NCBI GenBank assembly: GCA_964448115.1
Contig: CAYUVA010000004.1
Span: 1-64,000, forward strand
Source: an uncultured bacterium
Lineage (GTDB): Bacteria > CAYUVA01
Reading direction: 5' to 3'
DNA length: 64,000 nucleotides
This document shows positions 39,696-49,737 of the stretch, one piece after another. A program made the translations under genes and the position numbers. The notes under the pieces are model-generated. The model saw nothing but the letters and a program-made list of their open reading frames with translations, did no database searches and was not told where the DNA came from. Position 1 is the stretch's first letter. Each line of letters begins with the position of its first letter.

Positions 39696-40796
39696 TCAGG
39701 GATAACCGATCACAATAATGTTATCACCGAGGATTTGGTACTCACAATCCCTTAGCTTTATCGCATCCTTCAAACCCTCGACACCCTTTCCGGAAAACAG
39801 CGAGACCGCCTTTTCTCCTCCGATGAGTATCGGAGCGATGACGATGCTCACCTTGTCAAACAGGCGCTGCTCTAAAAAGCTCGTGATGGTCATGCCACCG
39901 CCCTCGACCAGCAGGCTGGTGATCTCTTGATTCCCCAGGTAATCGAGTAATCCAGCCAGATCCAGCCCATTTTCATCGATCTTAAGCCCCAGTATATCGA
40001 CATGTCCGGGTAGTTTCCTAGAAGGGAGCTTCCATCTTACATTTTTTGCTATGCACCAAACGACCCGCTCCTGTCTGGTGCGGTTGAAGATGTTGCTTTC
40101 AAGGTTAACCGTTGCATCGGGGTCGAGGATCACCCGATGCGGTTGTTTCCCTTGATAGCCCTCGATTCTACATGTAAGTTGAGGATCGTCCTTGTGCACG
40201 GTGGCTGCTCCGACCAGGACGGCATCGTGCTTTGCTCGCAGGCTGTGGGCGAACTCCCTCGCCTTCTCGCCGGAGATCCACTGCGAGTCGCCCGTCCTGG
40301 TGGCGAGCTTTCCGTCCATGCTTATGGCGCACTTGACCAGAACAAAAGGGCGCCTGGTGGTGATCCACTTGAAGAAGCACTCGTTCAGTCGCCTAGCCTG
40401 AGTCTCAAGGATGCCGACCTCGACATCGATGCCGTGATCGCGCAATATCTTGACACCCTTGCCCTGAACGCTCGGATTAGGGTCGATGCAAGCGATATAA
40501 ACCTTGCTCAAGCCAGCGTTTATGATCTCGGTAGTGCATGGACCGGTTCTGCCAACGCAGCAGCAAGGCTCTAGGGTAACGAACATCTGTAGTCCCTTGG
40601 GGGTGATTTTAAGGCTGCGCAGCGCTTGTACCTCGGCGTGAGGTTGTCCGGCGCAACGGTGATACCCCTGACCAACGATCTCGCCATCCTTGACGATCAC
40701 AGCTCCCACCATCGGGTTGGGGGATGTCTGTCCCTCCGCTTTGGCTGCCAGATCGAGCGCTACTCTCATAAAGCGTTCTTTATCTTGCTGTCTCAT
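39696..40796 (-). CDS. ribD: Riboflavin biosynthesis deaminase/reductase
   Basis: Motifs SPNPMVGAV, HAE, LEPC..GRTGPC, SMDGK and LVEGG. Confidence 0.96.
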   Translation of the reverse strand: MRQQDKERFMRVALDLAAKAEGQTSPNPMVGAVIVKDGEIVGQGYHRCAGQPHAEVQALRSLKITPKGLQMFVTLEPCCCVGRTGPCTTEIINAGLSKVYIACIDPNPSVQGKGVKILRDHGIDVEVGILETQARRLNECFFKWITTRRPFVLVKCAISMDGKLATRTGDSQWISGEKAREFAHSLRAKHDAVLVGAATVHKDDPQLTCRIEGYQGKQPHRVILDPDATVNLESNIFNRTRQERVVWCIAKNVRWKLPSRKLPGHVDILGLKIDENGLDLAGLLDYLGNQEITSLLVEGGGMTITSFLEQRLFDKVSIVIAPILIGGEKAVSLFSGKGVEGLKDAIKLRDCEYQILGDNIIVIGYP

Positions 40797-40806
40797 TCTT
40801 ACTTGC

Positions 40807-42273
40807 TTATTTTTTATTTATCGTGTCTTTAATTTTATCTTTTATAGCAACCAGAAGCGCCAGATCATAAGACTTGAAGGCTCGCAGTGCAAAGAGGAAA
40901 AGAAGATAGACAATCGTTGCCAGCACTGATACCAGGAAAAAGTTCATTTTGGGGAGCAGATAAAGCACCGCTCCTGCTGGCAGCGCGCAAAGAAGAGGCT
41001 TGTAGATATTTACTATTAACCCGATCGACCCCTTGGCTATTATACGCAAAAGGCATGCCAGAACGATCATGTCCAGAAACTTGGTCGCACCGCAAACAAC
41101 ACCAGCGCCAACAAAGCTATACTTAGGTATCATCACAAAGTTCAGCCCTATATTTATCCCCGCATTGACCAGCACATACAGGATGACCACATTGAGCAAT
41201 CGACTGTTTTTCAGGATATTAAGCGCTGGAATGTCCATGAATATGGTAAACAGCCCCCAAGCTAAGAAGGGAAGTACACGACCTGAATCGTGGAAATCCT
41301 TTCCAAATACCATGGTTACTATATCATAAGAGCGGAAGGTCATAATCACAACAATGGGGATCGATATTATTGCCAAGAGCCTCACCGATTCGCGGTAGGT
41401 CAGCCACATCCGATCCCTTGCCTGGGCATACAGGTAGCTCATCAGCGGCAACAGCGCTATCTCCAGGCTGGTCGGTATGAAGGTGAAGAATTCGAGGATG
41501 CGCATCGAGGCGCTGTAGTAGCCTACTGCTGCCTCGCTGCTGTAGTGCGGGGAGCTGATCTTGGATAGAAGCACCACATCTATGCGCGCATAAATCATCC
41601 CAACTATCATCAAGGCTGTGAATGGAAGGGTCTCCTTGAGCACCTTGAGCATCTTGCCGGGGGCAATGCGTCCCCATATCCTGATCCCGAACCGCTTCAC
41701 GATAAATGCCAGGCAAAGCGCGGTGATCGCAGAAGACATCAGGTAGGAGCCGAGCAAGCCGATCAGGTAAAAGCCTAAAAGCAACGCAGTTACGCCACTT
41801 GTTACCACCAGCAGCTTGAAGACCACCTGCATGGCAGCGGTTACCTCCATGCGCTGCAAGCCGTTGAACAGGGCGTTGAACATGGCTATAAAAGCATTGG
41901 TGAGCAGCGAGACGCCACCCACTATGCCCAGAATGACTACATCCGGCTTGTAGGCAAGCACCTGGAAGATGATCAGCATAACTAGATAGAAAAAGGTGGC
42001 AGAGATGAATGATATGGCAAGCGCATTTGGAAGATAGAAGTCGGCTGACTTGTTGTCCTTGCCCACCTCACGCACCAGCAAAGTGCCCATACCCAGGTCA
42101 ACGAAGAAACCGAACATCTGGATGTAAACATAGACCAGCGCGTACTTTCCATAAGCCTCTACACCCAAGGTGCGAGTGATATACATGGTCAGTGCCATGG
42201 ATAAAAAGCGGGTGAGAAGACTGGCAGATAAAAGGAATATCGTGTTCTTGGCTACCTTTAATGCTTGGCTCAT
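40807..42273 (-). CDS. Wzx-family polysaccharide flippase
   Basis: Motifs AKNT, TRTLGVEAYG, DLG and VGYYSAS; many TM segments. Confidence 0.88.
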   Translation of the reverse strand: MSQALKVAKNTIFLLSASLLTRFLSMALTMYITRTLGVEAYGKYALVYVYIQMFGFFVDLGMGTLLVREVGKDNKSADFYLPNALAISFISATFFYLVMLIIFQVLAYKPDVVILGIVGGVSLLTNAFIAMFNALFNGLQRMEVTAAMQVVFKLLVVTSGVTALLLGFYLIGLLGSYLMSSAITALCLAFIVKRFGIRIWGRIAPGKMLKVLKETLPFTALMIVGMIYARIDVVLLSKISSPHYSSEAAVGYYSASMRILEFFTFIPTSLEIALLPLMSYLYAQARDRMWLTYRESVRLLAIISIPIVVIMTFRSYDIVTMVFGKDFHDSGRVLPFLAWGLFTIFMDIPALNILKNSRLLNVVILYVLVNAGINIGLNFVMIPKYSFVGAGVVCGATKFLDMIVLACLLRIIAKGSIGLIVNIYKPLLCALPAGAVLYLLPKMNFFLVSVLATIVYLLFLFALRAFKSYDLALLVAIKDKIKDTINKK

Positions 42274-42395
42274 CTTCGCTAGGCTGTCATCGATTGTTCA
42301 AGATAAAAAGAATATACCGGATCGCATACTCCTTGCAACTGGGGATTGAATCCTGGATGCAGGATAAAATAATTAAGCAATATCAAGCAACCTGT

Positions 42396-42425
42396 TTGAC
42401 AGGGGGTGGCGAATATACCTATAAT
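42396..42425 (+). promoter_or_regulatory. Consensus sigma-70 promoter
   Basis: TTGACA-18 nt-TATAAT, 12 nt upstream of the ATG at 42438. Confidence 0.7.
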
Positions 42426-42437
42426 TCGTGCAATAAT

Positions 42438-43253
42438 ATGAGATTAACATCGATACTTATGATCATGGCGCTAGGCAGCCTTTTGGCTACAATGCAGACA
42501 ATGCCAGCTCATGCACAGACCAGGCAAGGCAGCTCCTTGGCGGACCAACAGCTTACCATCCCCTTCAGGATGCCGTTTTCTGTCGGCGAACAACTCAGCT
42601 ATGATATAAAGATCTTCGGCATAACAGTGGGGCATGGAACCCTCTACATCAAGGGGTACGGCCAGGTCAGAGGTAAAAAGGTCTATCACATTATCGCCCG
42701 ACTGGAGAGCGCATCATTCTTCAACAAGATCTATGCAGTAGATGATTACTTCGAGACCTTCGTTACCACCGATGATTTCAAGCCGCTGCTTTTCAAAATG
42801 AACATAAAGGAGAGCAAGGCTAAGAAGAACCGCACTATCGTGATTTATCAAGACAAGCTGATGGCTGAGGTCATCGGCAGGCGAACATTCGATATCGGCG
42901 AGCACGCCCAGGATGCGCTCTCCTCGCTTTATTATCTTCGATGCCTGCACTACAAGCCCCCGCAGGACTTCTTCATCAACGCCCTCACCGACAAGCGCAA
43001 GCATAAGGTCAAGGTCTCCACCGAGCGAACCGAGAGCATCGAGGTGGATGCGGGCACCTTCGACTCTATACTTTATGTGCCGGTCATTGACTGGAAGGGA
43101 CATGTCTATAAGGATAAGCTGAATAGGCTGAGCGTCTGGATAAGCAACGATGAAAGGCGACTGCCGGTACTCATGTCAACAAGGCTATTCTTCGGAACCA
43201 TAAGAGCTGAGCTGACCAGGTTCCAAATTGGTGAACCAGACCATAAGGAGTGA
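42438..43253 (+). CDS. Exported DUF3108-like protein
   Basis: Signal peptide from the ATG at 42438; motifs PFSVGEQLSY, DALSSLY, AGTF and WISNDERRLPV. Confidence 0.8.
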   Translation: MRLTSILMIMALGSLLATMQTMPAHAQTRQGSSLADQQLTIPFRMPFSVGEQLSYDIKIFGITVGHGTLYIKGYGQVRGKKVYHIIARLESASFFNKIYAVDDYFETFVTTDDFKPLLFKMNIKESKAKKNRTIVIYQDKLMAEVIGRRTFDIGEHAQDALSSLYYLRCLHYKPPQDFFINALTDKRKHKVKVSTERTESIEVDAGTFDSILYVPVIDWKGHVYKDKLNRLSVWISNDERRLPVLMSTRLFFGTIRAELTRFQIGEPDHKE

Positions 43254-43259
43254 TGACCG

Positions 43260-44201
43260 ATGCCAAGATGCCTTGTTACCGGAGCAGCGGGATTCATCGG
43301 TTCGCACCTGGCGGCGAGACTGGTAAATGATGACTGGGAGGTCATCGGCATCGATTGCTTCACCGATTACTATCCCAAAGAGATCAAGCTAAAGAATCTC
43401 GATCTTTGGCAGCGGCATGGTCGGTTCATCCAGGGAGACCTAAACCAGGTGGATCTTGATCCGCTGCTCCAAGACACCGATTACATCTTCCACCTGGCAG
43501 CACAAGCCGGCGTCAGGGCAAGTTGGGGAGATAACTTCGAGGTCTATATTAGAAACAACATACAAGCCACCCAGCGGCTTTTGGAAAAGATGAGATCATA
43601 CCCTAATACCCGTCTGGTTTATGCGGGGACATCATCGGTTTATGGCGATATAGCGCAGCTCCCCTTCAGTGAGGACGCCCCTGCCCGCCCCATATCGCCT
43701 TATGGGGTAACCAAGCTCGCTGCCGAGCACCTGCTACACCTGTATCATGTCGCTTACCAGATCGACTATGTAACCCTGAGATACTTCACCGTTTATGGAC
43801 CTGGACAGCGTCCGGATATGGCTTTTCACCGCTGGTTCAAGGCTGCGCTCCTGGGCGAGCCACTTACCATCTTCGGCGATGGCACCCAGACCAGGGACTT
43901 CACTTATGTTGCTGACATAGTCGAGGGGACAATCCAGGCAGCGCTCAGCGACCATACCGATCATATCTTCAACCTGGGCGGCGGGCATCGGGTGAGCGTT
44001 AATGATATAATAAAGATGCTAAGGGAGCTTACTGGACTATCATTCAAGGTCGAGTATATAACAAAACAAAAGGGCGATATGACTCACACGGCTGCGGATA
44101 TTTCAAAGGCAGGCAGGCTGCTAGGCTACGAGCCGAATTATGACCTTGAGAAAGGGCTTCTCGCACAGTTCGAGTGGATAAGGCAGCTATATGGATCATA
44201 G
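43260..44201 (+). CDS. NAD-dependent nucleotide-sugar epimerase/dehydratase (UDP-glucuronate 4-epimerase-like)
   Basis: Motifs TGAAGFIG, HLAAQAGVR, YGVTK and YFTVYGPGQRPDMA. Confidence 0.92.
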   Translation: MPRCLVTGAAGFIGSHLAARLVNDDWEVIGIDCFTDYYPKEIKLKNLDLWQRHGRFIQGDLNQVDLDPLLQDTDYIFHLAAQAGVRASWGDNFEVYIRNNIQATQRLLEKMRSYPNTRLVYAGTSSVYGDIAQLPFSEDAPARPISPYGVTKLAAEHLLHLYHVAYQIDYVTLRYFTVYGPGQRPDMAFHRWFKAALLGEPLTIFGDGTQTRDFTYVADIVEGTIQAALSDHTDHIFNLGGGHRVSVNDIIKMLRELTGLSFKVEYITKQKGDMTHTAADISKAGRLLGYEPNYDLEKGLLAQFEWIRQLYGS

Positions 44202-44235
44202 ATCGTCAAACATAATACAACAAGGAGGCTTAAGG

Positions 44236-44427
44236 ATGCCTTTGTCAGAGAAACTTGTTCAAAAGATGGCTTGCCCCAAGTGCAAGGGGAAGCTGATCCT
44301 CACCGAGGCGCAGGATTTCTTCATCTGCGAGCCTTGCAAACTCAAGTACCCGATCATAGACGAGATACCTAGGATGCTTATAGACAAGGCGCTTCCCCTC
44401 GAAGAAAAGGACAAGGAGTCCAAGTAG
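44236..44427 (+). CDS. Trm112/YcaR-family protein
   Basis: ACPKCKG...CEPC..KYPIIDEIPRML, with an AAGGAGG RBS. Confidence 0.88.
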   Translation: MPLSEKLVQKMACPKCKGKLILTEAQDFFICEPCKLKYPIIDEIPRMLIDKALPLEEKDKESK

Positions 44428-44637
44428 GAGCAACCCCGACATTTTCGGGATGTCAGCCCTTATCGGGGCAGACAGGCGGAGATGTCCCTGATATTTCGCA
44501 ATTGCGCGGGGCGAGCCAAATCGAGAATCTAGGTTGAAATAAATTCTTGAATGGAATAGGTTACTTTGTTAGTATTCTTTTTATATTGTTGATCGTTCTC
44601 TCTACAAAGTCATGAGATCTTCGGAGGGAAGATTTAT

Positions 44638-44919
44638 ATGGAAGCTCTCGGAATGATAGAAACCAAAGGACTGGTAGCCCTTATCGAGGCAGCCGATGCC
44701 ATGGTTAAGGCAGCCAAGGTCGTCCTGGTCGGCTATGAGCGGATCGGTGGTGGTTATGTGACCGCACTGGTCAGAGGTGATGTAGCAGCCTGTAAGGCAG
44801 CAACCGATGCCGGCGCTACCGCAGCACAGCGAATAGGAGAACTAGTAACCGTACATGTTATCCCCAGACCGCACGCTAACCTGGAGACTGTATTCCCCAT
44901 CGCGGTTAAGGAAAAATAA
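44638..44919 (+). CDS. Bacterial microcompartment hexamer shell protein (BMC-H, EutM/PduA-like)
   Basis: Motifs [22 protein letters not shown] and HVIPRPH. Confidence 0.96.
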   Translation: MEALGMIETKGLVALIEAADAMVKAAKVVLVGYERIGGGYVTALVRGDVAACKAATDAGATAAQRIGELVTVHVIPRPHANLETVFPIAVKEK

Positions 44920-44937
44920 GCAGCCTAATAAAGGATA

Positions 44938-45495
44938 ATGAAGCTCTCCGATAAGGTTCTATTCTCTTATGAGAATATCCAAGAAAAGCTCGGGGAGCTA
45001 AGTCTTTATATCAAGGACAACTTCGATCGCAATCGCCTGGTTCTCGTAGGTGTGCTGGATGGAGCCAGGTATATCATGAGGGATCTTCTGCCACTCCTCG
45101 CACCGACCCCACCTTGCGATTTCATCAAGATAAAGACATACAAAGGTACAAACAATAATGGCACACCAACGGTTGTTTTAAGGGATCTTGATTTTGATAT
45201 CGCCGGCAAGGAGGTGCTGGTAGTAGATGATATCCTGGATACTGGAAGGACGCTGAGTTTCATCGCTGATCATCTTCGGAAAAAGAAACCGGCTCGGCTG
45301 GAGTTATGTGCATTACTGAGAAAGCACTCTATAAGGCTTTATCCCGTCGAGTTGTCCTTTTGCGGATTCGAGGTAGCGGATCGCTGGATCGTGGGCTATG
45401 GTATGGACTATAACGAGCGCTACCGCGACTTGCCATATCTTACCTACTTGATAAGCGAACAAGCCGGTAAATCTACTGAAAATCGAGCAGGATGA
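44938..45495 (+). CDS. hpt: Hypoxanthine phosphoribosyltransferase-like protein
   Basis: PRPP-binding motif VLVVDDILDTGRTL and IVGYGMDYNERYRDLPY. Confidence 0.88.
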   Translation: MKLSDKVLFSYENIQEKLGELSLYIKDNFDRNRLVLVGVLDGARYIMRDLLPLLAPTPPCDFIKIKTYKGTNNNGTPTVVLRDLDFDIAGKEVLVVDDILDTGRTLSFIADHLRKKKPARLELCALLRKHSIRLYPVELSFCGFEVADRWIVGYGMDYNERYRDLPYLTYLISEQAGKSTENRAG

Positions 45496-45530
45496 GCTAT
45501 AAGTTGTCTAGCGGGATGCTTAATGAAATA

Positions 45531-46556
45531 TTATTCAGATGCAGTGCTGGCTTTTAGGGATTCCAGAATCTGTTTTACCCGCCATATTTGCTCATCATAG
45601 CGACCTGGCGCCAGCTCGATAAAGCGAGCATAAAAGTCGATAGCCTTTTCTACCTCTCCGAGACGATGATGCGCCAAGGCTGCGTTCAGGTGCGCCTCGC
45701 AGAAGTTGGGGCTAAGGCTCAGTGCATGCATATAATAGGTTAGCGCCAGCCTGTCATCCCCTATCCTGGATGCCATGATGCCCAGATTATTCAGTATCTG
45801 CGGATTATCCCTCCCCAATGCAGCAGCTCTTCCAAGATAGTCTTTAGCCTTATCCGGCTTACCAATCTTGACATACAGCTCAGACAAGGACAGCAGGGTG
45901 GTCAAACTATTGGCATCGATCTCAAGCGCCTTCTCATAGGCGAGAATAGCCTCATCCAGCCTGCCTTCGCCTAGCAGTGTATCTGCACGCTCAAGCAGAT
46001 TTTGCGAGGTCTGCTTTTCATCCGGCACCTTTGCCGTGGTTGCTTTTATGATTATCTTCGGCTCCTCATCGGTTGTAGCTACCTCTGGGTGAAGGGTTTG
46101 TTTCTCACTGCTTTTATTCATGGGTGTCGAAATGGGGATTTTGAGATGAGTTTTCACGGTTGGACGAGGTGTGAAGGCGGGCATGGGAGCTATTTCTTTT
46201 GCTTGTGCTGATTGGATCGCGTTAGATACCGCTCTGCCAGTTGGAATTGGTGTGGGGAGATCATCGCTAGCACTCGAATCGACCTTCTTCGGCGCTGTAG
46301 TTATTGCAGAACACATCTTGCTCGATTCTTTTGAATCTGTAATAGTACTCCGATACATCGAGAGCCAGCCTACCATTACAGCGACTAGACATAATGCGAA
46401 CGCAACCAGGATGATATTAATCCTGATGGCGCGGTTTCTATCCTTTCCTCCCTCGCCCTCATCGAGCTGGGAGCTGATTATCTCTTCTCCACCGGGATCA
46501 TGCCCCCTTTTTTTCTCCTCTTGCGCCTTTCTCAGTGCTTTTAAGATAAGACTCAT
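45531..46556 (-). CDS. Bitopic TPR protein with a GspB/MshN-like N-terminus
   Basis: MSLILKALRKAQ start, one TM segment, a low-complexity linker and C-terminal TPRs. Confidence 0.75.
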   Translation of the reverse strand: MSLILKALRKAQEEKKRGHDPGGEEIISSQLDEGEGGKDRNRAIRINIILVAFALCLVAVMVGWLSMYRSTITDSKESSKMCSAITTAPKKVDSSASDDLPTPIPTGRAVSNAIQSAQAKEIAPMPAFTPRPTVKTHLKIPISTPMNKSSEKQTLHPEVATTDEEPKIIIKATTAKVPDEKQTSQNLLERADTLLGEGRLDEAILAYEKALEIDANSLTTLLSLSELYVKIGKPDKAKDYLGRAAALGRDNPQILNNLGIMASRIGDDRLALTYYMHALSLSPNFCEAHLNAALAHHRLGEVEKAIDFYARFIELAPGRYDEQIWRVKQILESLKASTASE

Positions 46557-46567
46557 ATCGTATGGTC

Positions 46568-47611
46568 TCAGCCTGGCAGGTTTCGCAGAAAACGAAGCAT
46601 AGCCTGGAAGTGCTCTGGATGCTCAGCGATGAAGGTCATCTTCTTTCCGCTCGTCGGGTGATCGATGGTTAGGCTGCGGGAGTGAAGGGTGAAGTATTCG
46701 AGTTTCCTTACCTTTGCCTGCACTGCCTGATTCTTGATCCTCCTCGATGCACCCTTGCCATAGACCTTGTCCCCTAGCACCGGGTTGCCGATGCTGGCAA
46801 GATGAACGCGCACCTGGTGCGTTCTGCCGGTCTTCAGCGCGATCTCGATGAGCGTGCAGTCATCGAAGCACTCCAGCACCTTGTATTCAGTGATCGATTC
46901 CCTTGGCTTATTGGTTCGGGTCGAGATCCTCTTTCTATCCTTGATGTGCCTACCAATGGGAGTATCAATGATGCCGCTGTGGCTGGGCATCTCTCCGACC
47001 ACCAGGGCATGGTATATCTTCTTGACCTTTCTTTGAGCGAACTGCTCGGAGAGCTTTAGGTGTGCCTGGTCGTTTCTCGCCATGATGATCACACCTGAGG
47101 TTTCCTTGTCGAGACGGTGAACCACTCCGGGACGCTTGATGCCGCCGATGCCGCTAAGTTGACTACAATGGTGCAGCACCGCATTGACCAGTGTTTGGTT
47201 ACGGTTACCGGCTCCAGGGTGGGTTACCATCCCTGGCTGTTTATTAAGCACGATTATATGGTCATCCTCGTATATAATATCGATGGGGATATTTTCGGCA
47301 CTGACGGAAGGCTCGGTCGGCGGGGGAATAATCACTACTATGACATCGCCGGCTTTTACTTTATAGCTTGCTGTTTTATTTATCGCTCCGACAGATACAA
47401 GTCCTCTATCGATCAGTTTTTGCAATTGCGATCGTGAGATTTGCTTGCATCGATGGGCAAGAAACTTGTCGAGCCTGGTACCGTCGTTACCGGTCTGAAC
47501 CTGGAACTCTAATGTTTCAGTGCCTTTGCTAGCAGGGATGTTATCGTTCCCTTCTAGGTCATTCCGGTTGGATGAGTCCGTAGTTTCCGTCCTTGCGCAC
47601 ATACAGGACAT
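46568..47611 (-). CDS. rluD: RluA/RluD-family 23S rRNA pseudouridine synthase; start uncertain
   Basis: S4 domain RLDKFL; motifs NKQPG, HRLDKETSG and TGRTHQVRVH. Confidence 0.92.
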   Translation of the reverse strand: MSCMCARTETTDSSNRNDLEGNDNIPASKGTETLEFQVQTGNDGTRLDKFLAHRCKQISRSQLQKLIDRGLVSVGAINKTASYKVKAGDVIVVIIPPPTEPSVSAENIPIDIIYEDDHIIVLNKQPGMVTHPGAGNRNQTLVNAVLHHCSQLSGIGGIKRPGVVHRLDKETSGVIIMARNDQAHLKLSEQFAQRKVKKIYHALVVGEMPSHSGIIDTPIGRHIKDRKRISTRTNKPRESITEYKVLECFDDCTLIEIALKTGRTHQVRVHLASIGNPVLGDKVYGKGASRRIKNQAVQAKVRKLEYFTLHSRSLTIDHPTSGKKMTFIAEHPEHFQAMLRFLRNLPG

Positions 47612-48092
47612 TTATCTTATCGTTTCTTGAATTACGAAAGACCATGAATGAAGCCTTGGAGAGCGATAGTTGCTCAGCAGCTTCCTCTATTGACATCGGC
47701 TTGGGAATAAATTTATCCGTCTCAATGATTTCTGGCATAAATCCTTCATCAGTGCTTGATAGCTCGGAGGTTACGAACTGTGCTGTATCGAGTTCATTAT
47801 TCTTTTGCCGACGAGATTTATACATCTCCTTGTGTTTTCTGGCTTGCCTTTCAATCTTTTCCAGGGCAGCATCGACCGATTGGGTCATGTCGCTGCTTTG
47901 TTCCTGGGCTTGGAACATGAAATCCTTGCCCTTGACCAAGAATTCGGCGGTATTTCTTGTTTTCTCCAGGGTCAAAGTAGCCTGTATGGAGATAGCCTCA
48001 TCCATCATTTGGATCTTGCTCAGCTTCTCCTTGATAAAGATCTTCAAGGCATCGGGGACATCGTAGTGTCTTCCAGTGATAGTCAGGTTCAT
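47559..48092 (-). CDS. hpf: Long-form ribosome hibernation promoting factor
   Basis: ITGRH N-terminus and KPMSIEEA...VLYVRKDGNYGLI C-domain; follows rpoN. Confidence 0.93.
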   Translation of the reverse strand: MNLTITGRHYDVPDALKIFIKEKLSKIQMMDEAISIQATLTLEKTRNTAEFLVKGKDFMFQAQEQSSDMTQSVDAALEKIERQARKHKEMYKSRRQKNNELDTAQFVTSELSSTDEGFMPEIIETDKFIPKPMSIEEAAEQLSLSKASFMVFRNSRNDKINVLYVRKDGNYGLIQPE

Positions 48093-48142
48093 GGTGTTAT
48101 ACCTCCGATAGATCGTTTTCGTTAATTATGACACTTGCAAAC

Positions 48143-49726
48143 TCAATAGGTTCTCCTCTGGTTGGAGGAGGGAATACCAAGTTGTTCTCGGTACTTTGCT
48201 ATGGTTCTTCTTTTTATCATGATACCCATTTCTTGCTCCAGGCGGTCGGCGATTGCCTGATCACTCAACGGTTTCTTCTTGTCCTCCTGGGCGATCATAT
48301 CCTTGATGATCTCCTTGATACGAAGCGAGGAGACATCCTCGCCCCTTAAGGTTGACAGTCCACTATGGAAGAAAAACTTAAGCTCGAAGACCCCCTGGGG
48401 GGTGTGTACATACTTGCCGGAGGTGATACGACTTACCGTAGATTCGTGCATACCTATATCTTCGGCAATATCGCGCAGTGTAAGCGGTTTCAGATACATT
48501 ATCCCGTAATCCAAAAAATCCCGTTGGAACTTGACGATGCTCTCCACAACACGATATATAGTGCTTTGCCTCTGTTCGATGCTTTTTATCAGCCACAGAG
48601 CATCACGCAGCTTATCCTCCAGGAACTTGCGCGTCTCCCCAGGCTCCCTTGCCTCATTGTGCAGCAAACGGCGATAGTAGCTGCTCAGGCGCAGGCGGGG
48701 CATACCCTCGTCGTTAAGGGTTATCTTATAGCCATCCTTTTCCTTGGTGATGAAGACATCCGGGGTGATGTAGTGATCTTCATCGGGGAGATATTCCCTG
48801 CCCGGTTTGGGCTCCAGCTTCTCTATATTTGCTATCGCCTTCTTTAGCTGATCGATGTCAACCTTGTATATTTTGCTCAGTTCCTTCATTTGATTGCGCA
48901 GCACCTTGTCGAGGTTCTCATCCACCAGCCTGTAGGTGAGCGTGTCGGTCATACCTTTTTGCTTAAGCTGAAGGATAAGGCACTCCCTTAGGTCCCTGGC
49001 GCCAACGCCGCTTGGCTCGAAATCCTGTATAACCCTCAGAACCTTCTCGACCGCAGCCACGGTTACACCCTCGATCCTGGCTATCTCCTCGATAGTTGCT
49101 CGCAGGTAACCGTAGTCGTCGATGTTGCCGATGATCTGCTTGCCAATTTTCTGCTCTGCCTCGGAAAGTGAGGAGAGGCTGAGCTGCCATAACAGATGGT
49201 CATGCAGGTTGCCAGCCTTGCTTAGATAGTTCTCGTATTGGGGAACCTCACCCTCCTCGCTCGGCGTGTAACCGAAGTCGTCTCCATTATCGAAGATCCT
49301 CTCCCAGTCGGTATCGGAGAAGAAGCTCTTCGAGCTTGCATCCAGGTAGGAAGCATCCCTTAGTATGCCATCCAATGTCCTGCTGATGGCGTCCTCCACG
49401 CTCTCAACGGTGTCGCCTTCTTCGGCAGGCTGTTCGTTTGGCGAGATTGTTTCTTTATTTTGTTGGTCTCCAGGTAATGGCGGGCTATATCCCTCCTCCT
49501 CATCAGCAGCCCTTTCAGGTGGTGCCTCGGTATTGCCCCCTCCCTCGACTTGATCCTCCTGGCTGGTCAACAGATCCTCCAAGAAAGGGTTCTTCATAAG
49601 CTCCTCGTTCAGGTATTCCTCTAGCTCCAGCTTGCTTAGCTGCAACAGCTTAATGGCAAGCTGCAGGTTGGGGGTCATGATCAGCTTTTGAACCAGCTTA
49701 GGTGTGAGCCTTAGTTCCAAACCCAT
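48143..49726 (-). CDS. rpoN: RNA polymerase sigma-54 factor
   Basis: Motifs MTPNLQLAIKLLQL, HESTVSR and the RpoN box RRTIAKYR. Confidence 0.98.
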   Translation of the reverse strand: MGLELRLTPKLVQKLIMTPNLQLAIKLLQLSKLELEEYLNEELMKNPFLEDLLTSQEDQVEGGGNTEAPPERAADEEEGYSPPLPGDQQNKETISPNEQPAEEGDTVESVEDAISRTLDGILRDASYLDASSKSFFSDTDWERIFDNGDDFGYTPSEEGEVPQYENYLSKAGNLHDHLLWQLSLSSLSEAEQKIGKQIIGNIDDYGYLRATIEEIARIEGVTVAAVEKVLRVIQDFEPSGVGARDLRECLILQLKQKGMTDTLTYRLVDENLDKVLRNQMKELSKIYKVDIDQLKKAIANIEKLEPKPGREYLPDEDHYITPDVFITKEKDGYKITLNDEGMPRLRLSSYYRRLLHNEAREPGETRKFLEDKLRDALWLIKSIEQRQSTIYRVVESIVKFQRDFLDYGIMYLKPLTLRDIAEDIGMHESTVSRITSGKYVHTPQGVFELKFFFHSGLSTLRGEDVSSLRIKEIIKDMIAQEDKKKPLSDQAIADRLEQEMGIMIKRRTIAKYREQLGIPSSNQRRTY

Positions 49727-49737
49727 GTCATTATGCC

